Shown piece by piece: positions 36,779 to 46,615 of a DNA stretch of 64,000 nt (positions are counted from its first letter, which is position 1; each line of letters opens with the position of its first letter). The notes under the pieces are model-generated. The model had not been told where the DNA came from and ran no database searches. It saw only the letters and a list, made by a program, of their open reading frames with translations. The DNA comes from Hydrogenophilaceae bacterium. Its GTDB lineage: Bacteria > Pseudomonadota > Alphaproteobacteria > Caulobacterales > Aquidulcibacteraceae. The position numbers and the translations under genes are program-made. The stretch spans positions 9,159 to 73,158 of the forward strand of contig JACAEE010000007.1 of the NCBI GenBank assembly GCA_013389015.1, written 5' to 3'.

Positions 36779-38860
36779 ATGAGCGTCGACTACGCGGCGG
36801 CGGACGGCGTCGCCGTCCTCACGGTCAATCATCCCCCGGTCAACGCCTTGAGCCTGGTCGTGCGCGAAGGGCTGATGGCGGGCATCCGGAAGGCGCTCGC
36901 CGACGACTCCGTCAGGGCGATCGTCGTCAAAGGCGGGGGCGCTACGTTCATCGCCGGCGCCGACATCAGCGAGTTCGGCACGGAGAAGAGCCGGCAGGGC
37001 CCGCGCCTGCAGGAAATCCAGAATGCGCTCGAGACCAGTCCCAAGCCGACGGTCGCGGCGATTCATGGGACGGCGCTCGGCGGCGGGTTTGAGCTCGCGC
37101 TCACCTGCCATGCGCGCGTGGCGGTAGCGAGCGCGAAGGTCGGGCTGCCGGAGGTGAAGCTTGGGCTGCTGCCCGGCGCCGGCGGCACGGTGCGCACGCC
37201 GCGCCTCGCGGGCCCCGAAGTCGCGCTCAGCATCATCACCTCGGGCGAGCATGTCTCGGCTGAGAAAGCGCTCGGCTTCGGGCTTATCGACGCCGTTATC
37301 GACGACCTGGACAAGGATGCCGCCGCGTTTGCGCGCAAGCTCGTCGCGGAGGGCGCGCCGCCGCCCGTCATTGAACGCAACGACAAGATCACGGGAATCG
37401 ACCCGGCCGTGTTCAGCGGATTTCGGAGCACGTCCGCCAAGAAGTTCCGCGGCCAATTGGCGCCGGCCAAGATCATCGACTGCATCGAGGCGGCGTGCAC
37501 GCGATCGGCGGCGGACGCGCTTGCATTCGAGGCGACAGCGTTTCAGGAGCTGTTCCAGAGCGACCAGCGCAAGGCGCTCATCCACTACTTCTTCGCCGAA
37601 CGCGAAGCGCGCAAGATTCCCGACATTCCAGACAGCGTGAAACCGCAGAAGATCGCTTCGGCGGCGGTGATCGGCGCAGGATTGATGGGCGGCGGCATCG
37701 CCATGGTGTTCGCCAATTCCGGGATTCCCGTCAGCGTGCTCGACGTCAGCGAGGAGGCGCTGGGCAAGGGACGCGGCGTCATCGAAAAGAATTATGCGAC
37801 CTCGGTCGCGCGGGGATCGATGACGCAGGCGCGCATGGATGAGGCGCTGGCGCGGATGCGTTTCGTGACGCGTTATGACGAGATCGGCCCGGTCGACATC
37901 GTGGTCGAGGCGGTGTTCGAGGACATGGACCTCAAGAAGAAGATCTTCGCAGAGCTCGACCGCGCGACGCCGGCCGAGACGATCCTCGCGAGCAACACCT
38001 CCTCGCTTGACATCGACCAGATCGCCTCGGCGACGAAGCGCCCGGACAAGGTCGTTGGGGTGCACTTCTTCAGCCCGGCGAACGTGATGAAGCTGCAGGA
38101 GAACGTGCGCGGCAAAGCGACGTCGCACCAGACGCTGGCGACGGTGATGGCGCTCGCCAAGCCGATCGGCAAGGTGGCGGTGCTGGCCGGCAATTGCGAC
38201 GGGTTCATCGGCAATCGCATGCTGCAATACTACACCGGCGAAGCCGAGTTCATGCTCGAAGAAGGCGCCACGCCCGAGCAGATCGATCGCGTCGCGGAGA
38301 GCTTCGGGATGGCGATGGGGCCGTTGGCGATGCGCGACCTCGCCGGCATGGATACGAGCGTGCGCATCCGCGCGATCCGCCGCAAGACGCTGCCGGCCGA
38401 TGAGCGCATGACCGACATTGTGGAGCGCCTCGTCGAGGCCGGGCGCATCGGGCAGAAGGCGGGCAAGGGTTACTATCGTTACGAGGGACGCACGCGCCTG
38501 CCCGACCCCGAAGCGCTCGCCATCATCGAAGAGGCGTCCCGCGCCGCCGGCGTCACAAGGCGCACGTTCACCGACGAGGAGGTGCTGCACCGCCTTTTCT
38601 TCCCGATGGTGAACGAGGCGGCGAAGGAGCTGGAGGAAGGCATCGCCATTCGCGCCAGCGACATCGACGTCGTCTGGGTCAACGGCTACGGTTTCCCTGC
38701 CCACCGCGGCGGGCCGATGTTCTGGGCCGAACAGGTCGGGCTCGACAAGGTGCTCGCGACCTCGCGGGCGCTTGCGCCGCGACGCGGCGTTCGCTGGGCG
38801 CCGGCGAAGCTGCTGGAACGCCTCGTGGCGGAAGGCAAGGGCTGGGCGAGCGTCGGCTAA
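36779..38860 (+). CDS. bifunctional enoyl-CoA hydratase / 3-hydroxyacyl-CoA dehydrogenase (FadB/FadJ-like)
   Basis: N-terminal crotonase domain (VLTVNHPPVNAL, AAIHGTALGGGFELAL) plus an NAD domain (AAVIGAGLMGGGIAMVFA) and a 3HCDH C-terminal domain. About 693 aa from ATG 36779. Confidence 0.9.
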   Translation: MSVDYAAADGVAVLTVNHPPVNALSLVVREGLMAGIRKALADDSVRAIVVKGGGATFIAGADISEFGTEKSRQGPRLQEIQNALETSPKPTVAAIHGTALGGGFELALTCHARVAVASAKVGLPEVKLGLLPGAGGTVRTPRLAGPEVALSIITSGEHVSAEKALGFGLIDAVIDDLDKDAAAFARKLVAEGAPPPVIERNDKITGIDPAVFSGFRSTSAKKFRGQLAPAKIIDCIEAACTRSAADALAFEATAFQELFQSDQRKALIHYFFAEREARKIPDIPDSVKPQKIASAAVIGAGLMGGGIAMVFANSGIPVSVLDVSEEALGKGRGVIEKNYATSVARGSMTQARMDEALARMRFVTRYDEIGPVDIVVEAVFEDMDLKKKIFAELDRATPAETILASNTSSLDIDQIASATKRPDKVVGVHFFSPANVMKLQENVRGKATSHQTLATVMALAKPIGKVAVLAGNCDGFIGNRMLQYYTGEAEFMLEEGATPEQIDRVAESFGMAMGPLAMRDLAGMDTSVRIRAIRRKTLPADERMTDIVERLVEAGRIGQKAGKGYYRYEGRTRLPDPEALAIIEEASRAAGVTRRTFTDEEVLHRLFFPMVNEAAKELEEGIAIRASDIDVVWVNGYGFPAHRGGPMFWAEQVGLDKVLATSRALAPRRGVRWAPAKLLERLVAEGKGWASVG

Positions 38861-38864
38861 AGCC

Positions 38865-40094
38865 TCAGCGCGGCAGGCCCAGCGTGCGCTCCGCGATCAG
38901 CGTCTTGATGATCTCATTGGCGCCGCCGGCGATGGTCCATGCATAGGAGGACATGAAGTCCTGCATGCGATTACCGGTGATGTGGCCGCCGCCGGTCAAC
39001 GGGGGCGCGTCTTCCTGCGCATTCAATCCGCCGACGGCGAGCCAGAAATCCGTATGGCGGCGCAGCAGCTCGGACCATTTGATCTTGATCAGCGGCGGCA
39101 GCGCCGACGCGCCCATTTCAGGGTTCTCATCAAGCTCGCTGAGCATTCTTCGGATCAGCAGCCGCAAGGATTGCAGCTCCCCATAATGCGTGACGAAAGT
39201 CCGGCGCAGCGCCGCATCCGCCCACCAGGCCGGCGCAGCCGCACGCACGGCGGCGATTTCGCGGACGAAGGCGGCGTGCATGCGCTCAGCCAGATCAAAG
39301 ATGATCAAGCCGCGTTCGGCGGACAAGGTGGATTGCGCGATCGCCCAGCCGGCGTTCTCGGCGCCGATCAGATTCTCCCCCGGGATCTCGACATCATCGA
39401 AGAAAAGTTCACAAAACTCGCTCTGCCCTGTCATCTGCTTGATTCGGCGCACCGTGACGCCGGGGGACTTCATGTCGAGAATGAAGTACGAAATGCCGGC
39501 CTGTTTTTTCGGCGCGTTCGGATCGGTGCGCGCGAGCAGGAGACAGTAATTCGCATGCGCCGCGAAGGATGACCACACCTTCTGCCCGTTGACGACGAAG
39601 ACATCGCCGCGCCGCTCGGCGCGCGTGCGCAGCGCCGCGAGATCCGAGCCGGCATTCGGCTCCGAGAAGCCCTGGCACCAGATCTCGCCGCGCTCAACCA
39701 CGCCCTTCAGGTAGCGCTCACGCTGCGCGGGCGCGCCGTGCGCGAACAGCGTCGCCGGCAGGTGGTAGAGCGACACGACATAGAGATCCGGATTTGGCGC
39801 GCCCGCGCGCACCATCTCCTCCGAGACGATCACCTGATGGCGCAGCGAGAGATCCTCCCCGCCCCAATCCTTCGGCCAATGCGGCGTCGCCAGACCGACT
39901 TTCTGCATCTCGCCCAACCACCAGCGCTGGAATGCGAGATAGTCGGCTTCCGGCGCGCCGGCCGAGCGCGCGAACCAGCCCTCCGGCACGACGGCCCCCA
40001 GCCAGTTGCGCACCTCATTGCGAAACGCGTCGAGATCATCGCGATGCGCCAGCGGCGCAAAGGTCCTCGATTCGCTTTTGCCCTTCGCCGTCAT
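38865..40094 (-). CDS. acyl-CoA dehydrogenase, class A
   Basis: IWCQGFSEPNAGSDLAA, and C-terminal TIAGGANEIIKTLIAERTLGLPR. Start is MTAKGKSE at 40094. The longer track ORF was rejected. Confidence 0.85.
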   Translation of the reverse strand: MTAKGKSESRTFAPLAHRDDLDAFRNEVRNWLGAVVPEGWFARSAGAPEADYLAFQRWWLGEMQKVGLATPHWPKDWGGEDLSLRHQVIVSEEMVRAGAPNPDLYVVSLYHLPATLFAHGAPAQRERYLKGVVERGEIWCQGFSEPNAGSDLAALRTRAERRGDVFVVNGQKVWSSFAAHANYCLLLARTDPNAPKKQAGISYFILDMKSPGVTVRRIKQMTGQSEFCELFFDDVEIPGENLIGAENAGWAIAQSTLSAERGLIIFDLAERMHAAFVREIAAVRAAAPAWWADAALRRTFVTHYGELQSLRLLIRRMLSELDENPEMGASALPPLIKIKWSELLRRHTDFWLAVGGLNAQEDAPPLTGGGHITGNRMQDFMSSYAWTIAGGANEIIKTLIAERTLGLPR

Positions 40095-40101
40095 GCCATT
40101 C

Positions 40102-41166
40102 TCACGCCGCCAACAGGCGCGCCGCAGCGTCATGATACGCCGCGGATGCGCCGAACAAGACCTGGTTGAGCTTGGCCCGCTTGAGATAAACGTGACACAT
40201 GTGCTCCCAGGTGAATCCGATGCCGCCGTGCAATTGGACCGCGTCCTCCGCGACCGCCGCATAGACGTCGCATGCCTGGGCTTTGATCAGGAGGGCGTAG
40301 AGTTCGGCTTCGATATCGTCTCGCTCCCAACGCGACACCGCCTCGCCAAGCAGCGCACTCGCCGCCTCGATGGCCACGAGATGTTCGGCGCAGCGATGCT
40401 TCAGCGCTTGAAAAGAGCCGATCGGCTTGCCGAATTGTTCGCGCGTCTTGAGATAGGCGATCGTGAAGGCCAGAACCTCTCGCGCCCCGCCGATGGAATC
40501 GCATGCCAGAGCGATGCTCATGTGAATGCGGAGTTTGCGCGCGATGGCGTGCGCGTCGGCGGAGAAGACCGACGCCGGAGCGCCATCCAAGCGCGCTCGT
40601 GCGAGGCTGCGAGTGCGATCGACAAGGGCGATGCGCTGCATTGAGAGATCAGCAGCGTCGATCAAGGCCCAGCGCAGATTCTCTCCGTCGCGCACGGGCG
40701 CCAGCAGCAGCGCGGCCTCGACGCCGTCGAGCAGATCGCCCGTCTCGCCGAAGAGCGCGGCGTTCGCAAGGCGAAGGCTCGCGTCGTCCAAGGCGGGGCC
40801 GGAGGCGCTGAACGCGGCTGCATCCCCGCCGGCAAGGCGGGAAAGCCACTGCGCTTGCTGCGCCTGTGATCCAAAAGCGGAGACGATTTCCGTCGCTGCG
40901 AGCGCGGCGGCGATCGGGAGCGGGGCGGCTGCGCGACCCAGCTCTTCGTACAAGGCCGCGGCTGCAGCGCGCGGCAGGCCAAGGCCGCCATGGCTCTCGG
41001 GCGTGAGCAGCGCAAACCACCCGAGTTCGGCGGCCTTCGTCCAAAGCGGCGCGCAGCGCGATGCGCCTTCGTCGACATGGCGGCGCACGCAGCCTGCGGC
41101 GACGATGTCGTCCAGCACTTCGCGGAAGCTTTCACGCAGTTCTGCGGTCCCAACGGCCTCGCCCAT
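40102..41166 (-). CDS. acyl-CoA dehydrogenase family protein, class B (short, about 355 aa)
   Basis: [14 protein letters not shown]..., and AVQLHGGIGFTWEHMCHVYLKRA. TGATG overlap with the upstream crotonase stop. Confidence 0.8.
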   Translation of the reverse strand: MGEAVGTAELRESFREVLDDIVAAGCVRRHVDEGASRCAPLWTKAAELGWFALLTPESHGGLGLPRAAAAALYEELGRAAAPLPIAAALAATEIVSAFGSQAQQAQWLSRLAGGDAAAFSASGPALDDASLRLANAALFGETGDLLDGVEAALLLAPVRDGENLRWALIDAADLSMQRIALVDRTRSLARARLDGAPASVFSADAHAIARKLRIHMSIALACDSIGGAREVLAFTIAYLKTREQFGKPIGSFQALKHRCAEHLVAIEAASALLGEAVSRWERDDIEAELYALLIKAQACDVYAAVAEDAVQLHGGIGFTWEHMCHVYLKRAKLNQVLFGASAAYHDAAARLLAA

Positions 41167-41984
41167 CAGAAGTAGGTCTTTTCCGAGAAGTCCGCCGCTG
41201 ATTTCGCATTCACCGCTTTCAGCGCCGCCGCCGATTCGCCGCCCTGGAAGTTGATCATCTCGAAGGCCGCGGAGAGATCGAAAATGGCCTGGTGCTGACG
41301 CAGCCAGTGATTGAGGACATATTTGGTCATGCGCACCGCGGTCGGGGCGCTGTTCGCCAGTTTGACCGCGACCTCGAGCGCCTTGGATTGCAGCTCCTCC
41401 GCATCGACGGCGAGCGAGACGAGATTGTTCCGTTCGGCCTCCTCGCCGGTCATCGCCTCGTTGGTCAGGAGGAAATACTTGGCCTTGGCCATCCCGCACA
41501 GCAGCGGCCAGATGAGCGCGGCGTGATCGCCCGCGGTCACGCCGATGCGCACGTGGCCGTCGATCAGCTTGGCCTGACGCGCCGCGATCGAGATATCCGC
41601 CAAGAGCGCGATTGCGAGGCCGGCGCCGACCGCGGGGCCGTTGATGGCGGAAATGATCGGCTTGGTGGAGTTGACCATCCCCATCACCAGGTTCGCAGCG
41701 GTGCGGAAGCCGCGCGACGCCTGCTGGTTGGAATCGAGCGCTGCCCCCGACGTCGGCATCGACGAGAAGTCGCCGCCGGCGCAGAAGGCCTTGCCGGCGC
41801 CGGTGATGATGGAGACGCGCGTCTCATCGTCCGCGTCGATCGCGGCCCACACGCGCTCCAATTGCGTGTGGGCCTCGCCATCGACGGCGTTCATCTTTTC
41901 CGGGCGGTTGATCGTCACCCGCAGGACGTGCGGCGCGGGGCGCTCGAAGAGCAAGCGATCGAATTGCGCGTAGCGATCCACCAT
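41166..41984 (-). CDS. enoyl-CoA hydratase/isomerase family protein
   Basis: [27 protein letters not shown], and [19 protein letters not shown]. Confidence 0.9.
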   Translation of the reverse strand: MVDRYAQFDRLLFERPAPHVLRVTINRPEKMNAVDGEAHTQLERVWAAIDADDETRVSIITGAGKAFCAGGDFSSMPTSGAALDSNQQASRGFRTAANLVMGMVNSTKPIISAINGPAVGAGLAIALLADISIAARQAKLIDGHVRIGVTAGDHAALIWPLLCGMAKAKYFLLTNEAMTGEEAERNNLVSLAVDAEELQSKALEVAVKLANSAPTAVRMTKYVLNHWLRQHQAIFDLSAAFEMINFQGGESAAALKAVNAKSAADFSEKTYF

Positions 41985-43165
41985 CACAGCACCTCGAACA
42001 AGCCTGCAGCGCCCATGCCGCCGCCAATGCACATCGTCACAACCGCCCATTTCGCGCCGCGCCGAGCGCCTTCGATCAGCGCATGCCCCGTCAAGCGCGA
42101 CCCGCTCATGCCGTAGGGGTGCCCGATCGAGATGGCGCCGCCGTCCACGTTCAAGCGATCGTGGGGAATCCCCAAGCGATCCCTACAATAGACGACCTGC
42201 ACCGCGAACGCCTCATTCAACTCCCAAATGCCGATGTCGTCGATCCTCAGCCCCGCGCGCGCGAGCAGTTTCGGCACGGCGAAGCCCGGGCCGACGCCCA
42301 TTTCGTCTGGCTCGCAGCCCGCGACGGCGAAGCCGGCGAAGCGCCCGAGGGGCGTGAGGCCGCGGCGTTGGGCCTCCCTCTCCGCCATCACCACGCAAAC
42401 GCTGGCGCCGTCGGAAAGCTGGCTGGCGTTGCCCGCCGTAATGAACGCGTCTTCGCCGGATACGGGCTTCAGGTTCGCCAGGCCTTCCAGGGTGGCGTCG
42501 GGGCGATTGCCCTCGTCCTTGATCAGCCGGATGGGTTCTTCGCCCGTCACCGCGCCGCTCTTGTCGGTGAGCAGCTTGACGACATCGATCGGGGCGATCT
42601 CAGCGTCAAGGCGGCCGGCCGCTTGCGCCGCTGCGGTGCGGCGCTGACTTTCAAGCGCATATTCATCCTGGGTTTCTCTGCTGATCTTGTAGCGGCGCGC
42701 GACATTGTCGGCCGTCGCGATCATCGACCAATAGAGCTCCGGTTTTCGCTCGCTGATCCAGTTGTCCCGTGCGCGATGCCGGTTGGCCTGGTTCTGCACC
42801 AGCGACACGCTTTCCAGGCCGCCGGCGACAAAGATCTCGCCCTCGCCCGCCATCACGCGCTGCGCTGCGATCGCAATACTTTGCAGACCGGACGAGCACT
42901 TGCGATCGAGCGACAGGCCCGGAACCGTAACCGGACAGCCGGCGCGGATCGCCGATTGCCTCGCGATGTTGTTGCCGGTAGCGCCTTCGAGGAACGCCGC
43001 GCCAAGGATGACGTCCTCCACCTCGCCGCCTTCGAGGCCCGCGCGATCAAGCGCGGCGCGGACCACATGCCCGCCCATTTCGGCGCCGTGCGTGTTGTTC
43101 AGCGCGCCCCTGAACGCCTTGCCGATCGCGGTCCGCGCCGTGGAGACAATCAAGGCTCGGGTCAT
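41984..43165 (-). CDS. acetyl-CoA C-acyltransferase (degradative thiolase)
   Basis: [20 protein letters not shown], active-site [12 protein letters not shown], and C-terminal [14 protein letters not shown] and MCIGGGMG. Confidence 0.9.
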   Translation of the reverse strand: MTRALIVSTARTAIGKAFRGALNNTHGAEMGGHVVRAALDRAGLEGGEVEDVILGAAFLEGATGNNIARQSAIRAGCPVTVPGLSLDRKCSSGLQSIAIAAQRVMAGEGEIFVAGGLESVSLVQNQANRHRARDNWISERKPELYWSMIATADNVARRYKISRETQDEYALESQRRTAAAQAAGRLDAEIAPIDVVKLLTDKSGAVTGEEPIRLIKDEGNRPDATLEGLANLKPVSGEDAFITAGNASQLSDGASVCVVMAEREAQRRGLTPLGRFAGFAVAGCEPDEMGVGPGFAVPKLLARAGLRIDDIGIWELNEAFAVQVVYCRDRLGIPHDRLNVDGGAISIGHPYGMSGSRLTGHALIEGARRGAKWAVVTMCIGGGMGAAGLFEVL

Positions 43166-44172
43166 CGGCGTTCCTTCTGCGCGGCGTCGCCGCGGGCCGT
43201 GAGGAACGGCCAGAGCGCGTCCGCCCCGCGCGCGCAAATCTCTGCGCCGAGGCGCTCAGCCCACACGCGCTCGCCGCCGAACTCTGAACGCCACGCCACG
43301 AGGCGGCGCGTCAGCCTGTGCAGCGGATGCTCCTGGGTGAAGCCGATCGCCCCATGGACCTGGTGCGCGATCGCAGCGCCGACCGCCGCCGCCATATTGG
43401 CGCGCAGCTTGGCGGCGGCGATTTCGAAGGCGCCGCCGTCATGGTCGGCGGCGCGCGCCGCCGCTTGGCCGGCGCAATTCACGGCGGCGGCTTCTTCCGC
43501 GAACACGGCGAGCGCCTGCTGCACCGCCTGAAACTTGCCAATCGGCTTGCCGAACTGGCTGCGCTCGTTGGCGTGGCGGACCGACATTTCCAGGGCGGCG
43601 TCGAGCGCGCCGGCGATTTGCGCCGTACGCACGAGGGCGCCGGCGGACAAGGCGCTCATGGCGCCCTCGCCCCGCTGCACGCAGGCGTCTTCGAAGATGA
43701 GCGTGGCGCGCGCCTCGCCGGCGGGATTGGCGCCCCGCACGACGCGCGCCTTCGCGACGGCGGCGCTTGCGAGCGCACCGCCGAGATCGAACACCACGGC
43801 GTTCGCGTCGCCGCCCCACGGCACAGCCTCAAGCCGCCCCGTGAAGCGATCACGCACGCGGCTCTCGACGATGACCCGCGACGCAAGCGTTAGAATGCCC
43901 GCGCCGCAGTCGAAGCCGGCGTCGACCGCCAAGCGCGTCGCGGCCATCGCTTCGCCCAGCGGCAGCGGCGTCGCGTGCGCCCCGGCGCGGCGAAGCACGG
44001 CGAACGCGTCGGCCCAATCGCCGCCAAAGCCGCCGCTGCTTTCGGGAACCAGAAGCCCATCGAAGCCAAGCTCGGCGATCTTGCCCCACGCCGTCTCTAC
44101 TGCGGCGCCAGGCGCCAGATCAGCGAAGACGCGCTCGGCGCTCTCCAAGAGCAGATTCTGGCTCTCGCTCAT
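43162..44172 (-). CDS. acyl-CoA dehydrogenase family protein, class B (short, about 336 aa)
   Basis: [19 protein letters not shown]..., and [27 protein letters not shown] overlaps at both ends. Confidence 0.8.
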   Translation of the reverse strand: MSESQNLLLESAERVFADLAPGAAVETAWGKIAELGFDGLLVPESSGGFGGDWADAFAVLRRAGAHATPLPLGEAMAATRLAVDAGFDCGAGILTLASRVIVESRVRDRFTGRLEAVPWGGDANAVVFDLGGALASAAVAKARVVRGANPAGEARATLIFEDACVQRGEGAMSALSAGALVRTAQIAGALDAALEMSVRHANERSQFGKPIGKFQAVQQALAVFAEEAAAVNCAGQAAARAADHDGGAFEIAAAKLRANMAAAVGAAIAHQVHGAIGFTQEHPLHRLTRRLVAWRSEFGGERVWAERLGAEICARGADALWPFLTARGDAAQKERR

Positions 44173-45308
44173 CTCAAACCGAGCCCCCGCGCTATGATGC
44201 CGCGCAGGATTTCCCGCGTGCCGCCGCGCAAGGAGAAGGACGGCGCGATCTGCAGCAACAACGCCAATGCCCGCGCGAACGCGGAATCCGAAGCCAGATC
44301 GACGTCGCTGATCGCTTGGATCATGCGCGGCAGAGCCTGCTCGAAGCTGTTGCCGAGGTCCTTGACGATCGCGGCCTCGAGCGCGGGGTCTTCGCCGGCG
44401 GCGAGCTTTGCCGCCGTCGAGCGCGACATGTGCCGCAGCGTCCACAATTCCGCGGTCAGGCGCCCGATCAGCTCCGCAGCCGCCGGCGCGGGGCGATCGC
44501 CGCAGACGCGGATGAACTCCAGCAGCAGCGCATAGCTCGAAAGGTAGCGCTCCGGGCCCGAACGTTCGAGAGAAAGCTCAGCGGTGACCTGGCGCCAGCC
44601 CGCTCCCTCCTCGCCCACGCGCATGGCGTCGGGCACGAGGACATTCTCAAGAAACACTTCGTTGAAGTCATGGCCGCCCACGAGGTCGATGATCGGCCGC
44701 ACGGCGACGCCCGGGCTCTTCAGGTCGATCAGGAATTGCGTGAGCCCTTCCTGACGCTGGCTGCGCTCGCCGGTGCGCACAAGCGCGATCATATAGTGGG
44801 CGTGATGCGCATTTGTGGTCCACACCTTCTGGCCGCTGATCCGCCAATGATCGCCCTCGCGCTCGCCGCGCGTGCGCACCGAGGCGAGGTCGGAGCCGCT
44901 GCCGGGCTCGCTCATGCCGATGCAGGTGTAGAGTTCGCCGGCAGCCATGCGCGGCAGCAAGTCGCGCCGCTGCGCCTCGGTTCCGTAGCGCAGCAGAAGC
45001 GGCCCGCCCTGGCGATCGGCGATCCAATGCATGCCGACTGGCGCGCCGGCGGCCAGCAATTCTTCAAGCACGATGTAGCGCTCGAGCGGATGGCGCCCGC
45101 CGCCGCCATAGTCCTTCGGCCAGATCATGCCGATAAAGCCGGCCTTTCCGAGCGCCCTGGTGAAGGTTCTGTCCGCGACCGCCCATGAGTTCGCGCGCGA
45201 CGCTGCGTCACCCGCGGGCTGATGCTCAGCGAGGAACGCACGCACCTGCGCCCGCAACACGCCGGGATCGACGGGCGGCTCGAAGGGACGCGTGGAAAAA
45301 GTCTGCAC
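44169..45308 (-). CDS. acyl-CoA dehydrogenase, class A
   Basis: YTCIGMSEPGSGSDLAS, and C-terminal [21 protein letters not shown]. Probable GTG start at 45308 (VQTFSTRPFEPP). Confidence 0.8.
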   Translation of the reverse strand: MQTFSTRPFEPPVDPGVLRAQVRAFLAEHQPAGDAASRANSWAVADRTFTRALGKAGFIGMIWPKDYGGGGRHPLERYIVLEELLAAGAPVGMHWIADRQGGPLLLRYGTEAQRRDLLPRMAAGELYTCIGMSEPGSGSDLASVRTRGEREGDHWRISGQKVWTTNAHHAHYMIALVRTGERSQRQEGLTQFLIDLKSPGVAVRPIIDLVGGHDFNEVFLENVLVPDAMRVGEEGAGWRQVTAELSLERSGPERYLSSYALLLEFIRVCGDRPAPAAAELIGRLTAELWTLRHMSRSTAAKLAAGEDPALEAAIVKDLGNSFEQALPRMIQAISDVDLASDSAFARALALLLQIAPSFSLRGGTREILRGIIARGLGLR

Positions 45309-45370
45309 GGCCCAAGCATGCCGCGCCGACGGCGTCGCGAACAAGGCGCAGGCGCCGGCCAGTCCCGGGC

Positions 45371-45386
45371 TATCGCAGCCGCGATA
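45371..45386. promoter_or_regulatory. ATCGC-N4-GCGAT palindrome in the divergent ACAD / crotonase region
   Basis: TATCGCAGCCGCGATA has perfect 6-bp arms. Confidence 0.5.
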
Positions 45387-45466
45387 TGGCTTTCGCGCCG
45401 CTTCCGCGGCTGTCGCCTGCAGGCCGAAGGGAGTAAGCAAGCGTCAGGAAGAACCGGAGCTGACGA

Positions 45467-46237
45467 ATGGGCATCGAGTACAGCGTCGCCGAGGGCGTCG
45501 CCACGATCACCATCAACCGCCCGGAGCGGAAGAACGCCATCCTCCTGGCGATGCGCACCGACATCCAGCACGCGTTCGAAAAGGCGCAGGACGATGACGA
45601 CGTGCGCGCCATCATCCTGACGGGCGCGGGCGGAGATTTCAGCGCCGGCGCCGACGTCGGCGAAATGGGCGGCGGCGGCACGCGCGGCGCGCTCATGCGC
45701 ATGCGCCACATGCACCGGATGTGCCGCGCCATCGCGCAGACCAACAAGCCGGTGATCGCCGCCGTGAAGGGCGTGTGCATCGGCATGTCGTGGGCGATGG
45801 CGCTGGCCTGCGACATCGTGGTGGCGGCCGCGGACGCGCGCTTCCAGTTCGCGTTCCGCCATATCGGGCTTGCGCCGGACGGCGGCGCCGCCTTCCTGCT
45901 CACGCGCTATGTGCCGCTGCAGCGGGCCAAGGAGATTCTCTATTCGGGCCGCTTCGTCAGCGGGACGGAGGCGGAGAAGCTCGGCCTTGCGCTCTATGCG
46001 CTGCCGGCCGAGGAGGTGATGATCAAGGCGCAGGAACTGGCGCGCGGGTTCGCCGAATCGCCGACGATCGCGATCGGCATGGCGAAGCGCCAGTTGGACG
46101 CGGCGCCGGCGCAGACGTTCGAACAGGCGCTGGATTTCGAAGCCAACATCCAGCCGCTGATGGTGACGACCGAAGACTTCAAGGAAGGCACGAGCGCCTT
46201 CAAGGAGAAGCGCAAGCCGAGCTATCGCGGGAACTGA
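45467..46237 (+). CDS. enoyl-CoA hydratase/isomerase family protein
   Basis: ATITINRPERKNAI, LTGAGGDFSAGAD, and AAVKGVCIGMSWAMALACD. Confidence 0.9.
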   Translation: MGIEYSVAEGVATITINRPERKNAILLAMRTDIQHAFEKAQDDDDVRAIILTGAGGDFSAGADVGEMGGGGTRGALMRMRHMHRMCRAIAQTNKPVIAAVKGVCIGMSWAMALACDIVVAAADARFQFAFRHIGLAPDGGAAFLLTRYVPLQRAKEILYSGRFVSGTEAEKLGLALYALPAEEVMIKAQELARGFAESPTIAIGMAKRQLDAAPAQTFEQALDFEANIQPLMVTTEDFKEGTSAFKEKRKPSYRGN

Positions 46238-46240
46238 ACG

Positions 46241-46615
46241 GTGAGCGAATCCGGGCCGGACAAGCAATTCGTGGATTTCCTGCGTGCAGGCCGCTTCATG
46301 CTGCAACGTGCGGTGAACGATGGACGCTACGTCTTCTATCCGCGCGCCGCCGCGCCCGGGGACGGCGCGGCGCTTGAGTGGGTGGAGGCTTCCGGCGCTG
46401 GATGCGTCTATTCGACGACCGTGGTGCGCAAGAAGCCGCCTGAGCCTAGCTACAATGTCGCCCTGATCGACCTCGCCGAAGGGCCGCGCATGATGAGCCG
46501 CGTCGAAGGCGTGGCGCCCGAGGACGTCAAGATCGGCATGGCCGTCCGCGCCAAGATCGTCGAGGGCGGCGATGGACCTTACGTCGTCTTTGTTCCCGCG
46601 GACGGCGCGCCGTGA
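46241..46615 (+). CDS. DUF35 / OB-fold protein lacking the Zn-ribbon cysteines
   Basis: 124 aa. GCVYSTTVVR ... NVALIDLAEGPRMMSRV ... GMAVRAKI matches the DUF35 OB-fold. The region equivalent to the ribbon (RAVNDGRYVFYPRAAAPGDG) has no Cys. GTG start. Confidence 0.7.
   Translation: MSESGPDKQFVDFLRAGRFMLQRAVNDGRYVFYPRAAAPGDGAALEWVEASGAGCVYSTTVVRKKPPEPSYNVALIDLAEGPRMMSRVEGVAPEDVKIGMAVRAKIVEGGDGPYVVFVPADGAP

Noticed and set aside
36758-38704. 648-aa minus-strand ORF opposite the FadB-like gene
   Set aside because: An antisense shadow ORF. The plus frame carries crotonase, Rossmann and 3HCDH motifs in the correct order.
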